Part shown: in pieces, positions 13,396 through 25,800 of the stretch | How the letters are laid out: every line of letters begins with the position of its first letter | Numbering within the stretch: the first letter of the stretch is position 1 | NCBI GenBank assembly: GCA_002269645.1 | Contig: NIVC01000768.1 | Span: 1-64,000, forward strand | From: Macrostomum lignano | Taxonomy: Eukaryota | Length of the DNA: 64,000 nt | Direction: 5' to 3' | Program-made: the position numbers and the translations under genes | Notes under the pieces: model-generated | Databases searched by the model: none | Seen by the model: the letters and a program-made list of their open reading frames with translations, nothing else | What the model was told of the DNA's origin: nothing

Positions 13396-16074
13396 TCAAT
13401 CAGCGCCAGCAGTCTTGGGCAGAGGCAGGTCGGCGGACACGGCCAGAGCCCGGGCCTGAGCCAGCCCGGCCAGCAAGTCCTCTTTGGAATGCAGAGTCTC
13501 TGGCATGTCGGCCCGGGCCTCTTCCAGTCTGAGCTTGTCAATGTCGCAGCTGGTTAAGCTGATCTGCGAGGCGATGGCCGCGGCTGTGCTGCTGCTAGTC
13601 AGGGTTGTGGCCGTGAAGCCGTAGGTGAACGCGTAGGTTGGACCGCCCTGCCGCTCCGTTTGGATGGGCGAGTGGGGGTGGGGACGAGATAATGCGGGCT
13701 GCAAGGGTACAGACTACAGGCTCTTGACTGGCTGTCTGTGGGTCTGTAACAATTGATTTTACAGGCTTTTTGACAGACTATCAATGGGTCTGTTGCAGTT
13801 GATTTTACAGGCTTTTTGACAGGCTGTTTATGGGCCTGTAACAATTGATTTCACAGGCTTTTTGACAGACTATTAATGGGTCTGTTACAGTTGATTCTAC
13901 AGACTCTTGACAGGCTGTCTATCGGTTTGTTACAGTTGATTCTACAGGCTTTTTGACAGGCTGTCTATGGGCCTGTAACAGTTGATACTACAGGCTTTTT
14001 GACAGGCTGTTTATGGGCCTGTAACAGTTGATTTTACAGGCTTTTTGACAGACTATCAATGGGTCTGTTACAGTTGATTCTACAGGCTACAGGCAAGGTG
14101 CCGCTATCCCCCAATCGGTACCTGTGGCCGCAAGAAGGAGGACATTGTGTAGCCGCAGCTCGTACGGGGCGGCAGCTCAGGAAAAGCCAGCGTCACCGAG
14201 CCGGCCGTGCAACGGACAGCGGCCGCAGCGGCGTCGGCGGCGGCAACTGCTGCAGCGGCCGTGGCAGCTGAGTCAGCGGCGGCGGCAGCGTCAGCGGCAG
14301 CAGATTCAGACGAAGGCTTAGCCAGACGATCGGAGCGTTTCAATTCGGCGGCCTCCAGATATGGCGGACTGATAGGCGGCTGGGCTGGCTCCGAGTGCTG
14401 GTGCGCATCGGACAAAGGATAGTTCCTATCAGCGTCGTAGGCGCTGAGATCGCCGCAGGCTACAAACGGCACAACAACCCGGTTGGAGCCGCGCAGCTGG
14501 CTCAAGTCAAAATCGTAATAGCCGGTTAGCAGGGGATTAGACAGATTTGGCTCGTAGCCAATGGGAGGCCGGTAGCACTGGCACACGGCGAAGGCTTCCA
14601 GGCTGGAATTTCGTGACGATCGCGGCTTGGCGATGGACACGGACTGGAAGAAGATTTTCAACTGGGCATGCAGCAGAGACACGTCGCGCCCGCGGAAGAT
14701 TTTAGCAACAAAAGTTGCTCCGGGCCCCAGCACGAAGGTGGCGATGTTGAGGGCGGCAATGAGCAGCTGGCTCTGCACGTATTCGTCAATGTCGTGCAGC
14801 CCGGTGACATCCGGCGCGCCGTCGCAGACGACCAGATCGGCCGGCTTGCCGCCAAGCAGGTCGATGATGCCGCGGGCGGTGGCCGTCTTGGTGATGTCGC
14901 CCTGAAGCTGAGCCACTCCTGCTATCGGCGCCATCGCCTGCAAGTCGACGGCGACTATGTGCGCCGGGGCGTCGGGACCTTCAGCGCCGGTCGGGTTCAG
15001 CCGGCTGACCAGCACCTGCGGTGGGAGTGATACGGATGCACCTTTGATGATCTTCGGCTTCACTCACAGCCTCTATTCTACATCACCCTGAGAGTCTACA
15101 GTCACAGCCTCTATTCTACATCACCCTGAGAGTCTACAGTCTCAGCCTCTATTCTACATCATCCTAAGAATCCATCCTTAGCCTCTACTTTCTACTACAT
15201 CATTCTGAGAATCTACGAGTAGTCTCAGCCTCTATTCTACATCATCCTTAGAGTCGACAGTCGCAGCCTCTATTCTACATCATCCTGAGTCTACAGTCTC
15301 AGCTTTTATTCTACATCATCCTGAGTCTACAGTCTCAGCTTTTATTCTACATCATCCTGAGTCTACAGTCTCAGCCTCTATTCTACATCATCCTGAGAGT
15401 CTACAGTCAGCCTCTATTCTACATCATCCTTAGAGTCGACAGTCTCAGCCTCTATTCTACATCATCCTTAGAGTCGACAGTCGCAGCCTCTATTCTACAT
15501 AATCCTGAGTCTACAGTCTCAGCTTTTATTCTACATAATCCTGAGTCTACAGTCTCAGCCTCTATTCTACATCATCCTGAGTCTACAGTCTCAGCCTCTA
15601 TTCTACATCATCCTTATAGTCTACAGTCTCAGCTTCTATTCTTCATCATCCTGAGTCTACAATCTCAGCCTCTATTCTACATCATCCTGAGAGTCTACAG
15701 TCAGCCTCAATTCTACATCATCCTTATAGTCTACAGTCTCAGCTTCTATTCTTCATCATCCTGAGAGTCTACAGTCTCAGTTTCTATTTGGCATCATTCT
15801 GCATCTAGTCTTGCTCTCAGCATCTGTTCTAAATCATCCAAACGACCCGCCCCCCTCTGGCAAACAACCATCAAGGGGTATTTTCAGCGGCACACACCTG
15901 ACTCCAGCTTCCAGGCGCAGCGCACAGGTCCACAACCCGTTTAACCTTAGCCGGATCCAGCAGGCCAAACTCCTGATCCAACTGCAGCAGTTTGAAAGCG
16001 CTTCTAGCGCGCCAGCCCTCCTCTTTGGCCAGGCGATAATAGATGTCGCGCCTGTCTTTGCTAGACTTGCCCAT
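13396..16074 (-). CDS. FTSJ1: tRNA (C32/G34) 2'-O-methyltransferase FTSJ1/Trm7; exons 16074-15898, 15015-14122 and probable 13647-13396 (about 440 aa; 362 aa if the last intron is not used, stop at 14104)
   Basis: [33 protein letters not shown]...[13 protein letters not shown]|VLVSRL...[22 protein letters not shown]...[23 protein letters not shown]...FVAKIFRG...[13 protein letters not shown]. The K-D-K-E tetrad is intact. The third exon is less certain than the first two. Confidence 0.92.
13715..14090. repeat. Minisatellite, 46-bp unit, about 8 copies (predicted FTSJ1 intron 2)
   Basis: The period is 46 (GGTCTGT at 13741 and 13787, GGCCTGT at 13833). Confidence 0.9.
15062..15790. repeat. Minisatellite, 36-38-bp unit (FTSJ1 intron 1)
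   Basis: Unit AGTCTACAGTCTCAGCCTCTATTCTACATCATCCTG(AG). Confidence 0.93.
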
Positions 16075-16859
16075 AGTTCTGCCTGAACGGTTCAGGTCAA
16101 ATAAGGTCACGTACTAAGCACAGATGTAAGACTTTATAATATCGCTGATTTTGCGAATATTAGCGCATGCAATGGAGTTACAGAACACGATGTACTTCTG
16201 ATTAAAGTGACCCGATTATGCAATTAATGCATGCACATTGGATAATGGTAATGTTATTAATCCATATCTATTAAGCCAACATAAACTAAGTTATAGTTAA
16301 TCTAGTACGCCTAGTTACCAATTATAAATTACCATAAACGAACTCAACCCCAGCTACAAGGGTATTACGCGATGTCATAATCCAACTATAATACAAAAAA
16401 TCCAATGAAATAAGCCAGACCAACTGTCAATCCTCAAGTCGAGTCCAATATTAGCTTGGCAGCGAATTGCCGCGCGTAAGTTGAATTTTGTTTATATTTT
16501 TTCATATAAACCCGTAGAAACCCGTAGTTGAATTAGCCGATTCAGCCTACTTATAGTAGACAGTGACGTTAATTTTATTACATAAAAACAATACAAACAA
16601 TGAATAACACACTGCGTTCGCTGCTGCTAAACGGGGGGAGATGATTCACAGAATTATAAGTCAAAAGGGGTGGGTCAGAGAAAAGCGATTAATGAATGAA
16701 TTCTCACCGAGGCACAACAGTTCGATCTTGCCACCCGAACTGGGGAGCGGTTCCGAGTAGGAGCCTAAATCCAAGGAACCAATTATCCCAATAAATAATA
16801 ATTTTCATCACATCTTGAGCCACTGACTCACATTAACTCGACCGTTCGACTAGCAACCG

Positions 16860-17460
16860 AACTCTCGAACTTTAATCGGTTCGAACTTGTTCTCAGGTCT
16901 GCATTCGAACCTCTAAATTTCGACTCTTTCGATCCTGTTCTCAGGCTGCTCGACGCGAGTTCAAATCCCAAATTGTTCGAACCTGCTATCAGGCTGTTCG
17001 ACTCGAACTCAACCTCGACTCGCTCAAACCTGTTCTCAGGCTGTTGGACTCGAACTCAACCCCCGACTCGCTCAAACCTGTTCTCAGGCTGCTCGACTCG
17101 AACTCAACCCCCGACTCGCTCGAACCTGTTCTCAGGCTGCTCGACTCGAACCCAGCCCTGACTCGCTCGAACCTGCTCTCAGGCTGCTCGACTCGAGTTC
17201 AGATCCCAATCGTTCGAACCTGTTCTCAGGCTGCTCGACTCGAACCCAGCCCTGACTCGCTCGAACCTGCTCTCAGGCTGCTCGACTCGAGTTCAGATCC
17301 CAATCGTTCGAACCTGTTCTCAGGCTGTTCGACTCGAACTCAACCCCGGCTCGGTGCAAAACCTATTCTCGGTTGTTCCGACTCTCAATCGAACTCGAAC
17401 ACAAATTTCGACTCGTTCGAATTGGCTTTTCGATTCGATTCGAACTCGGAACTCTAAACC
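16860..17460. repeat. CpG/TCGA-rich 48-bp tandem repeat
   Basis: Unit CTGTTCTCAGGCTGCTCGACTCGAACTCAACCCCCGACTCGCTCGAAC; the period is 48 (17033 and 17081). Confidence 0.85.
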
Positions 17461-17933
17461 GCTCTCTCCGGGCGCAGACTCGCCCCAGGAGATGGAGCAC
17501 ACTCTGCAATTCGCAAATCAGTTAACAAATTATCTCCTAAACTTTTCACTGCGAACAACACTCACTGGCTGTTACGGATTAGAAAAAGTAACGCAAACAA
17601 AAGAAAATGAATATGTTGCTATTGAAAATATTAGGAAAATAATAGTCCAACCAGACTACTGACCCACAGCAGCGCTAAAAACGGTATTAATAATAGCAAT
17701 AGTAGAATGGATAGAAGGAAAACTCACAACAGTAAGCAGTATTTTTCAAAGGGATAGCTAAACACCACAATACTATAGTAACTAATCATAGCAATTACAA
17801 CAGCAAAAGCCACATGCAGCAGAGCCTCGTGCTACTTGAAGGATGGACAGACGGGGTTTTTAAAAAATGGGTAAGACAACACTAATGTAAACACCCACTT
17901 GCTTTAATTAATTAATTAATTACTCGCGACTAT

Positions 17934-18428
17934 TTAGCGGTGACCATCGCGACGCCTCGGGCTGCGGCTGCGGCTCCGGCTGCGACTGTAGCTCCGGCCC
18001 CGGCTGTCGCTGCGGCTCCGGCTGAAGCTGCGGCTGCGACGACGTCCGCCTCCGCCGCCGCCACCGCCGCCACGGCCGCCGCCGCCGCCGCCACCGCCAC
18101 CACCGCGCTCAGGGCACTCGTAGGCATAGTGGCCGACCCGGTCGCACTGGTAGCAGCGATCGTTGCGCGGCCCGGCGCCAGCTGCCCGGCGCTCGTTGCG
18201 CGCCAATTCCATCCGGACTCGGCGCCCATTGACGCGCGGCGCGTCGCGCACAGCGTCTTCGGCGTCGCGTCGATCAGCAAAGGTGGCGAAAGCGTAGGTG
18301 CCTTTGCCGTGCACCCAGACCGACTCAAGGCTGCCGTAGCGGCGCAGCGAGCGCTTGATGTCGCTTTCAGCAGTCCCGTCAGGCAAGTCGCCGACGTAAA
18401 CACGGCGTCCCATTTCGCTTTTGGACAT
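17934..18428 (-). CDS. SRSF7: SRSF7/9G8-like SR splicing factor (RRM + CCHC zinc knuckle + Gly hinge + RS domain), single coding exon, 164 aa
   Basis: RRVYVGDL (RNP2), YAFATF (RNP1), DAEDAVR, CYQCDRVGHYAYEC zinc knuckle and RSRSFSRSRS tail. The start has a CCACC-ATG Kozak context. Confidence 0.85.
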   Translation of the reverse strand: MSKSEMGRRVYVGDLPDGTAESDIKRSLRRYGSLESVWVHGKGTYAFATFADRRDAEDAVRDAPRVNGRRVRMELARNERRAAGAGPRNDRCYQCDRVGHYAYECPERGGGGGGGGGGRGGGGGGGGGRRRSRSFSRSRSDSRGRSYSRSRSRSRSPRRRDGHR

Positions 18429-18504
18429 GGTGGCTGTTAGAGCATCAGTTTAGGACGGATTTTGGTTTATTATAATATTCATAAGGAATAGAAAGCTCAT
18501 TCAT

Positions 18505-20243
18505 GATAAGCCACACTATCTACTAATGAGCGACAGTTCACCCACAGTGAGCCTCACTATCTACTGATGAGCGACAGTTCACCCACAGTGAGCCTCACTA
18601 TCTACTGATGAGCGACAGTTCACCCACAATGAGCCTCACTATCTACCAGACAGTTCACCCACAGTTAGCCTCACTATCTACCAGACAGTTCATCCACAAT
18701 GAGCCTCACTATCTACCAGACAGTTCATCCACAATGAGCCTCACTATCTACCAGACAGTTCATCCACAATGAGCCTCACTATCTACCAGACAGTTAGTTC
18801 AATCACAATGAGCCTCACTATCTACCAGACAGTTCATTCACAATGAGCCTCACTATCTACCAGACAGTTCATCCATGATGAGCCTCACTATCTACCAGAC
18901 AGTTCATTCACAATGAGCCTCACTATCTACCAGACAGTTCATCCATGATGAGCCTCACTATCTACCAGACAGTTCACTTATAATTAGCCTCACTATCTAC
19001 CAGACAGTTCATCCATGATGAGCCTCACTATCTACCAGACAGTTCACCTATAATTAGCCTCACTATCTACCAGACAGTTCATCCATGATGAGCCTCACTA
19101 TCTACCAGACAGTTCATCCATAATGAGCCTCACCATCTACCAGACAGTTCACCTATAATTAGCCTCACTATCTACCAGACAGTTCATCCATGATGAGCCT
19201 CACTATCTACCAGACAGTTCATCCATAATGAGCCTCACCATCTACCAGACAGTTCACCTATAATTAGCCTCACTATCTACCAGACAGTTCATCCATGATT
19301 AGCCTCACTATCTACCAGACAGTTTATCCATGATGAGCCTCACCATCTACCAGACAGTTCACCTATAATTAGCCTCACTATCTACCAGACAGTTCATCCA
19401 TGATGAGCCTCACTATCTACCAGACAGTTCACCTATAATTAGCCTCACTATCTACCAGACAGTTCATCCATGATGAGCCTCACTATCTACCAGACAGTTC
19501 ACCTATAATTAGCCTCACTATCTACCAGACAGTTCACCTATAATTAGCCTCACTATCTACCAGACAGTTCACCTATAATTAGCCTCACTATCTACCAGAC
19601 AGTTCACCTATAATTAGCCTCACTATCTACCAGACAGTTCACCTATAATTAGCCTCACTATCTACCAGACAGTTAGTTCAATCACAATGAGCCTCACTAT
19701 CTACAAGACAGTTAGTTCAATCACAATGAGCCTCACTATCTACCAGACAGTTCACCTATAATTAGCCTCACTATCTACCAGACAGTTAGTTCAATCACAA
19801 TGAGCCTCACTATCTACCAGACAGTTCATTCACAATGAGCCTCACTATCTACCAGACAGTTCATCCATGATGAGCCTCACTATCTACCAGACAGTTCATC
19901 CATGTTGAGCCTCACTTTCTAACAGACAGTTCACGTATAATTAGCCTCACTATCTACCAGACAGTTCATCCATGATGAGCCTCACTATCTAACAGACAGT
20001 TCATTCACAATAAGCCTCACTATCTACCAGACAGTTCACCTATAATTAGCCTCACTATCTACCAGACAGTTTATCCACAATGAGCCTCACTATCTACCAG
20101 ACAGTTATTCACAATGAGCCTCACTATCTACCAGACAGTTCACTTATAATTAGCCTCACTATCTACCAGACAGTTCATCCATGATGAGCCTCACTATCTA
20201 CCAGACAGTTCATCCATGATGAGCCTCACTATCTACCAGACAG
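18505..20243. repeat. Minisatellite, 35-bp unit, about 49 copies
   Basis: Unit GAGCCTCACTATCTACCAGACAGTTCATCCACAAT with interleaved variants. Confidence 0.95.
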
Positions 20244-20940
20244 CTACAAGGCATTTCAAATATTAAAGCCAAACACAATCCTAGACACTAAACAGAAATA
20301 GATGAAGCAAAGAGACAGGGCAATACTTTATCAACAAAATGTTTTTACTTTGAGTTTTCTAACAAACGCATACTAAATTTATAGGTGAAAAATATGAATG
20401 TTTTCAATTCCAGAATCGACTCGCTTTCACATTGTTAATCAAATTAATCAGACCAATGACGACAATAGCAATAAGGATAAACAGATGATAAAGTACAATA
20501 AACGGCTGTAATTAAGAATACTATTACCTAAGACTACTACTGATAAAATAATATTTATTCATCGTTAACTGCTGTAGGAATGAACTACTTTTCCACATAT
20601 ACATTATGGATCAGCATTTGATGCTATAATTTCGTATTGAGAACGATAGACGAATATAATATATAAAAATACAACTTGATAGCAAGACCAATACCATCTA
20701 CATCTCGATTTGAAACCCTGCAGTTTTTCATATTCAATCAATCTGTAGCGGAATTATAAATGCGAGATCCTCAATTTAATTTGTATACTTGGCGAGTGAA
20801 ATTGTCACAGAAAAACAGGCGGCAATTTTTGTCCCAAAAATTAAAAGTATGAAAAGTTGTAATTGTTGACATTATTGCGTTGTTAGGGCAACTATTCGAG
20901 TAAAAAACATATTACTTAGCAAGATACCAAGAGAACCAAG

Positions 20941-22710
20941 ACTTCTATGAAGGGGAGGAGAATTCTACAAAGAGACGGAGAATTCTATGAAGTGGTGGAG
21001 AATTCTAAAAAGAGACGGAGAATTCTATGAAGTGGTGGAGAATTCTAAAAAGAGACGGAGAATTCTATGAAGTGGTGGAGAATTCTAAAAAGAGACGGAG
21101 AATCTATGAAGTGGTGGAGAATTCTAAAAAGAGACGGAGAATCTATGAAGCGGTGGAGAATTCTAAAAAGAGACGGAGAATTCTATGAAGCGGTTGAGAA
21201 TTCTAAAAAGAGACGGAGAAGTCTATGAAGCGGTGGAGAATTCTACAAAGAGACGGAGAATTCTATGAAGGGGAGGAGAATTCTACAAAGAGACAGAGAA
21301 TTCTATGAAGGGGAGGAGAATTCTAAAAAGAGACGGAGAATTCTATGAAGCGGTTGAGAATTCTAAAAAGAGACGGAGAAGTCTATGAAGCGGTGGAGAA
21401 TTCTACAAAGAGACGGAGAATTCTATGAAGGGGAGGAGAATTCTACAAAGAGACAGAGAATTCTATGAAGGGGAGGAGAATTCTACAAAGAGACGGAGAA
21501 TTCTATGAAGGGGTGGAGAATTCTACAAAGAGACGGAGAATTCTATGAAGTGGTGGAGAATTCTACAAAGAGACGGAGAATTCTATGAAGGGGAGGAGAA
21601 TTCTACAAAGAGACGGAGAATTCTATGAAGCGGTTGAGAATTCTAAAAAGAGACGGAGAAGTCTATGAAGCGGTGGAGAATTCTACAAAGAGACGGAGAA
21701 TTCTATGAAGGGGAGGAGAATTCTACAAAGAGACGGAGAATTCTATGAAGCGGTGGAGAATTCTACAAAGAGACGGAGAATTCTATGAAGGGGAGGAGAA
21801 TTCTACAAAGAGACGGAGAATTCTATGAAGTGATGGAGAATTCTAAAAAGAGACGGAGAATTCTATGAAGTGGTGGAGAATTCTAAAAAGAGACGGAGAA
21901 TTCTATGAAGTGGTGGAGAATTCTAAAAAGAGACGGAGAATCTATGAAGCGGTGGAGAATTCTAAAAAGAGACGGAGAATTCTATGAAGGGGTGGAGAAT
22001 TCTACAAAGAAACGGAGAATCTATGAAGCGGTGGAGAATTCTACAAAGAGACGGAGAATTCTATGAAGGGGAGGAGAATTCTACAAAGAGACGGAGAATT
22101 CTATGAAGCGGTTGAGAATTCTAAAAAGAGACGGAGAAGTCTATGAAGCGGTGGAGAATTCTACAAAGAGACGGAGAATTCTATGAAGGGGAGGAGAATT
22201 CTACAAAGAGACGGAGAATTCTATGAAGTGATGGAGAATTCTAAAAAGAGACGGAGAATTCTATGAAGTGGTGGAGAATTCTAAAAAGAGACGGAGAATT
22301 CTATGAAGTGGTGGAGAATTCTAAAAAGAGACGGAGAATCTATGAAGGGGTGGAGAATTCTACAAAGAAACGGAGAATCTATGAAGCGGTGGAGAATTCT
22401 AAAAAGAGACGGAGAATTCTATGAAGGGGTGGAGAATTCTACAAAGAAACGGAGAATCTATGAAGCGGTGGAGAATTCTAAAAAGAGACGGAGAATCTAT
22501 GAAGGGGTGGAGAATTCTACAAAGAAACGGAGAATCTATGAAGCGGTTGAGAATTCTAAAAAGAGACGGAGAAGTCTATGAAGCGGTGGAGAATTCTACA
22601 AAGAGACGGAGAATTCTATGAAGGGGAGGAGAATTCTACAAAGAGACGGAGAATTCTATGAAGGGGAGTAGAATTCTACAAAGAGACGGAGAATTCCATG
22701 AAGTGTGGAG
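20941..22710. repeat. Minisatellite, 40-bp unit made of two diverged 20-bp halves, about 44 copies
   Basis: GGAGAATTCTACAAAGAGAC-GGAGAATTCTATGAAGCGGT; each half contains GAATTC. Confidence 0.95.
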
Positions 22711-22809
22711 TAATTTTACGAAGGGACAGACTTTTAGAAAAGGGTGGAGAGTTCCATATAGTGGGGAAAACGGGTTCAATCCATAGATATCAAATCAATT
22801 AAATATTGA

Positions 22810-25800
22810 TCAATAAAAGTGGCCCCGAGCGACATTATAGAAGCTATTAGAAGATAATGACGACTGATTGATTGACTGTTGACCAGTGCCAATAGCAGAA
22901 TGACCAGCCCCTAGAAACATGGGCGGAGGCCGCTGTTGCTGCTGCTGCTGTTGTTGCAGAAGCTCCTGCGCATCGACGTGCCTATAGTAAGCGTCTGGCT
23001 GATGCTGGCCGGAATAATTAGAAATGGAAGCTGTCGATCCGCTAGGCCAGGGCTGTGTTGGACCGGACGGACTGCGACGGTGCTCGTAGCGATGACGGCT
23101 GCTGCGACTGCGGCTGCGACTTCGCCGACGGCTGCTCCGGCGACGGTCTCGCGATGAAGCCGAGGGATCCCGACTTGATAAAAAATAATAACAAAATGCG
23201 CGAGTTCAGCAAATTTACTATTAGTAGTATAACTATATAAAATCACAAAACAATAATTGTGCCTCTTAGTACGAATCGCTGTTCAGAGAAAATAGCACTC
23301 GCCTGGATGCGACCAGATATTAAGAGGCTTACGCGTTTTTATTAAACTTTTACTGTTGGAAGCTGTTAATCAAGAATGTTTAATTCCCTCCCCTCGTGAC
23401 CGCCAGCTGCAATGTTTTTTGTCCTGTTTGGCTTGGTCAATGACCGCCAACAGGGTTTGCGGCCGACGGAAGTTGATATCGATTGGCGCTCTTTGTCACC
23501 AATCGATACCAACTGTTGGGGTTCAGCTTCCGAATAGAACTGTTGTATACTGCTGTATTACTAATTTTTTCAGGGATTCTGATAGGCGATCGGTTGAGAA
23601 TAATCTTAATGGACAGTTTGGGGACTTCTAAGGACAGTATGGGAATTAGGGATAATTCTAAAGGACAGTCTGGGGATAATTCTACTGGACAGTCTGGTGA
23701 TTGAGGATAGTTCTAATGGACAGTCTGGGAATTGGGGATAGTTCTAATGGACAGTCTGGGAATTGGGGATAGTTCTAATGGACAGTATGGCGATTGGGGA
23801 TAGTTCTAATGGACAGTCTGGGAATTGGGGAAAGTTCTAATGGACAGTATGACGATTGGGGATAGTTCTAATGGACAGTCTGAGAATTGGGGAAAGTTCT
23901 AATGGACAGTATGACGATTGGGGATAGTTCTAATGGACAGTCTGAGAATTGGGGATAGTTCTAATGGACAGTCTGGGAATTAGGGATAATTGTCGCTCAC
24001 CTGCTGCGAGCCGTAGAGTGGCTGGCCCGCCGCCCGGACCGCGAACGGGACCGAGACCTGGGGTTTCTATCTTTACGCGACCGCTGATCCCGTTCCCATT
24101 TTTTGCGCTCCCATTTGTCGCGCAACTCGCGTTCCATTTGCTCGCGCATTCGCCGAAAATCCTCCTGTTCTCGCATCACTCTGCGCTCCTCGGATAGCGC
24201 CCGCTCTCGCTCCCATTGGAGCTGTCTACGCTCGGCTTCCAGTTGCTCATGCTCACGCTGAATCTCCCGCTGCATTAGCAATAATTCTTGTTGCTGAGTA
24301 ATGCTTGGCGACTGATGATGGTGATGCTGCTGCCTGTGCCAGGCTCCGATAGGCGCGGTCTGGGCGGAGTCGGCAACGCCCAGCGACATCAACGGCGAAG
24401 GCTGCTGGGTAGCGCCGCCTCGAGCGCATCTGGCCGACTCGAGAAGATGTCGCAGATCGTCGGAACGAACGGAAGCAGCCGAATGCAGCAGCGTAGGACG
24501 CTGAATTGGATGATCCAACTCGGCTGGCGGATTCGGAAGCGGCGAGTCCGGATATGGCGCCTGGCTTTGTTGTTGCTGTTGTTCTTGTCGCAGAAGTCGG
24601 CTTTTTCTGTGACGCCTAGCCGCTGCGCCAGACGTGCGGGACAGGGCTGCGGAATGACTACTGTATCTTTTAGTGGACCTGCTGCCGCTACTAGAAGAAG
24701 CTGCTTCCTCGGGAATTGGCTGTTTCGAATAGGACATTAGCAGTGTAGGACGAGCCTTTTCCGGTTTAGAAGCAGAAGCAGACTTGGCGGAAGAAGACGA
24801 GCTAGGCTTCTTCTTTGTGTAGGCTGCATTACTTTTTTCCGACGAGGCTTTCGATTGCTGCGACTTGTTCGGCGATTTCGGGAGCCCAGATTTTCCTGGG
24901 GCTGGCGGCTTGTTAACAGCTGGACTTTGCTGGAATGGCAAATAATAAATCTAAGTAAACACGCGTTTCATACTACTTAGATAGGGAAGCAAAGGAATTA
25001 AGGAAAAGCAAGTAGTCAAACGCACTAAAGCCAATACACAGGATGTAAAAGCAGTCATGACTTTCTAATCGGCAGGGCATGTACACTCTGTCTTGGGGAT
25101 TGGGCCTCATGGGTGCAAATCGCACAAAGCCCCAGGCCAATTTTTATGCACAGGACCCAAATGAATGTGGCATTGTGGCCGCGAGCGGATTCAAACGTGG
25201 ATAACTTAGCGGGAGGGTCAGACGCGATAACCTGACACACATACATCTGACACACGCACACCTGACCCACGCACACCTGACCCATGCACATCTGACATAT
25301 GCACACCTGACACACATCTGACACACGCACACCTGACCCACGCACACCTGACACACGCACACCTGACATATACACATCTGACACACGTACATCTGACATA
25401 CATCTGACCCACGCACACCTGACACATGCACATCTGACACACGCACACCTGACATACACACATCTGACCCACGCACACCTGACACACGCACACCTGACAT
25501 ATATACATCTGACACACGCACATCTGACACACATCTGACCCACGCACACCTGACACATGCACATCTGACACACGCACACCTGACATATACACATCTGACA
25601 CACGCACACCTGACATACACATCTGACACACGCACACCTGACATACATGTATACACATCTGACACACGCACACCTGACATATACATCTGACACACGCACA
25701 CTTGACATATACACATCTGACATATACATCTGACACACGCACACCTGACATACACATCTGACACACGCACACCTGACACACGCACACCTGACATATACAC

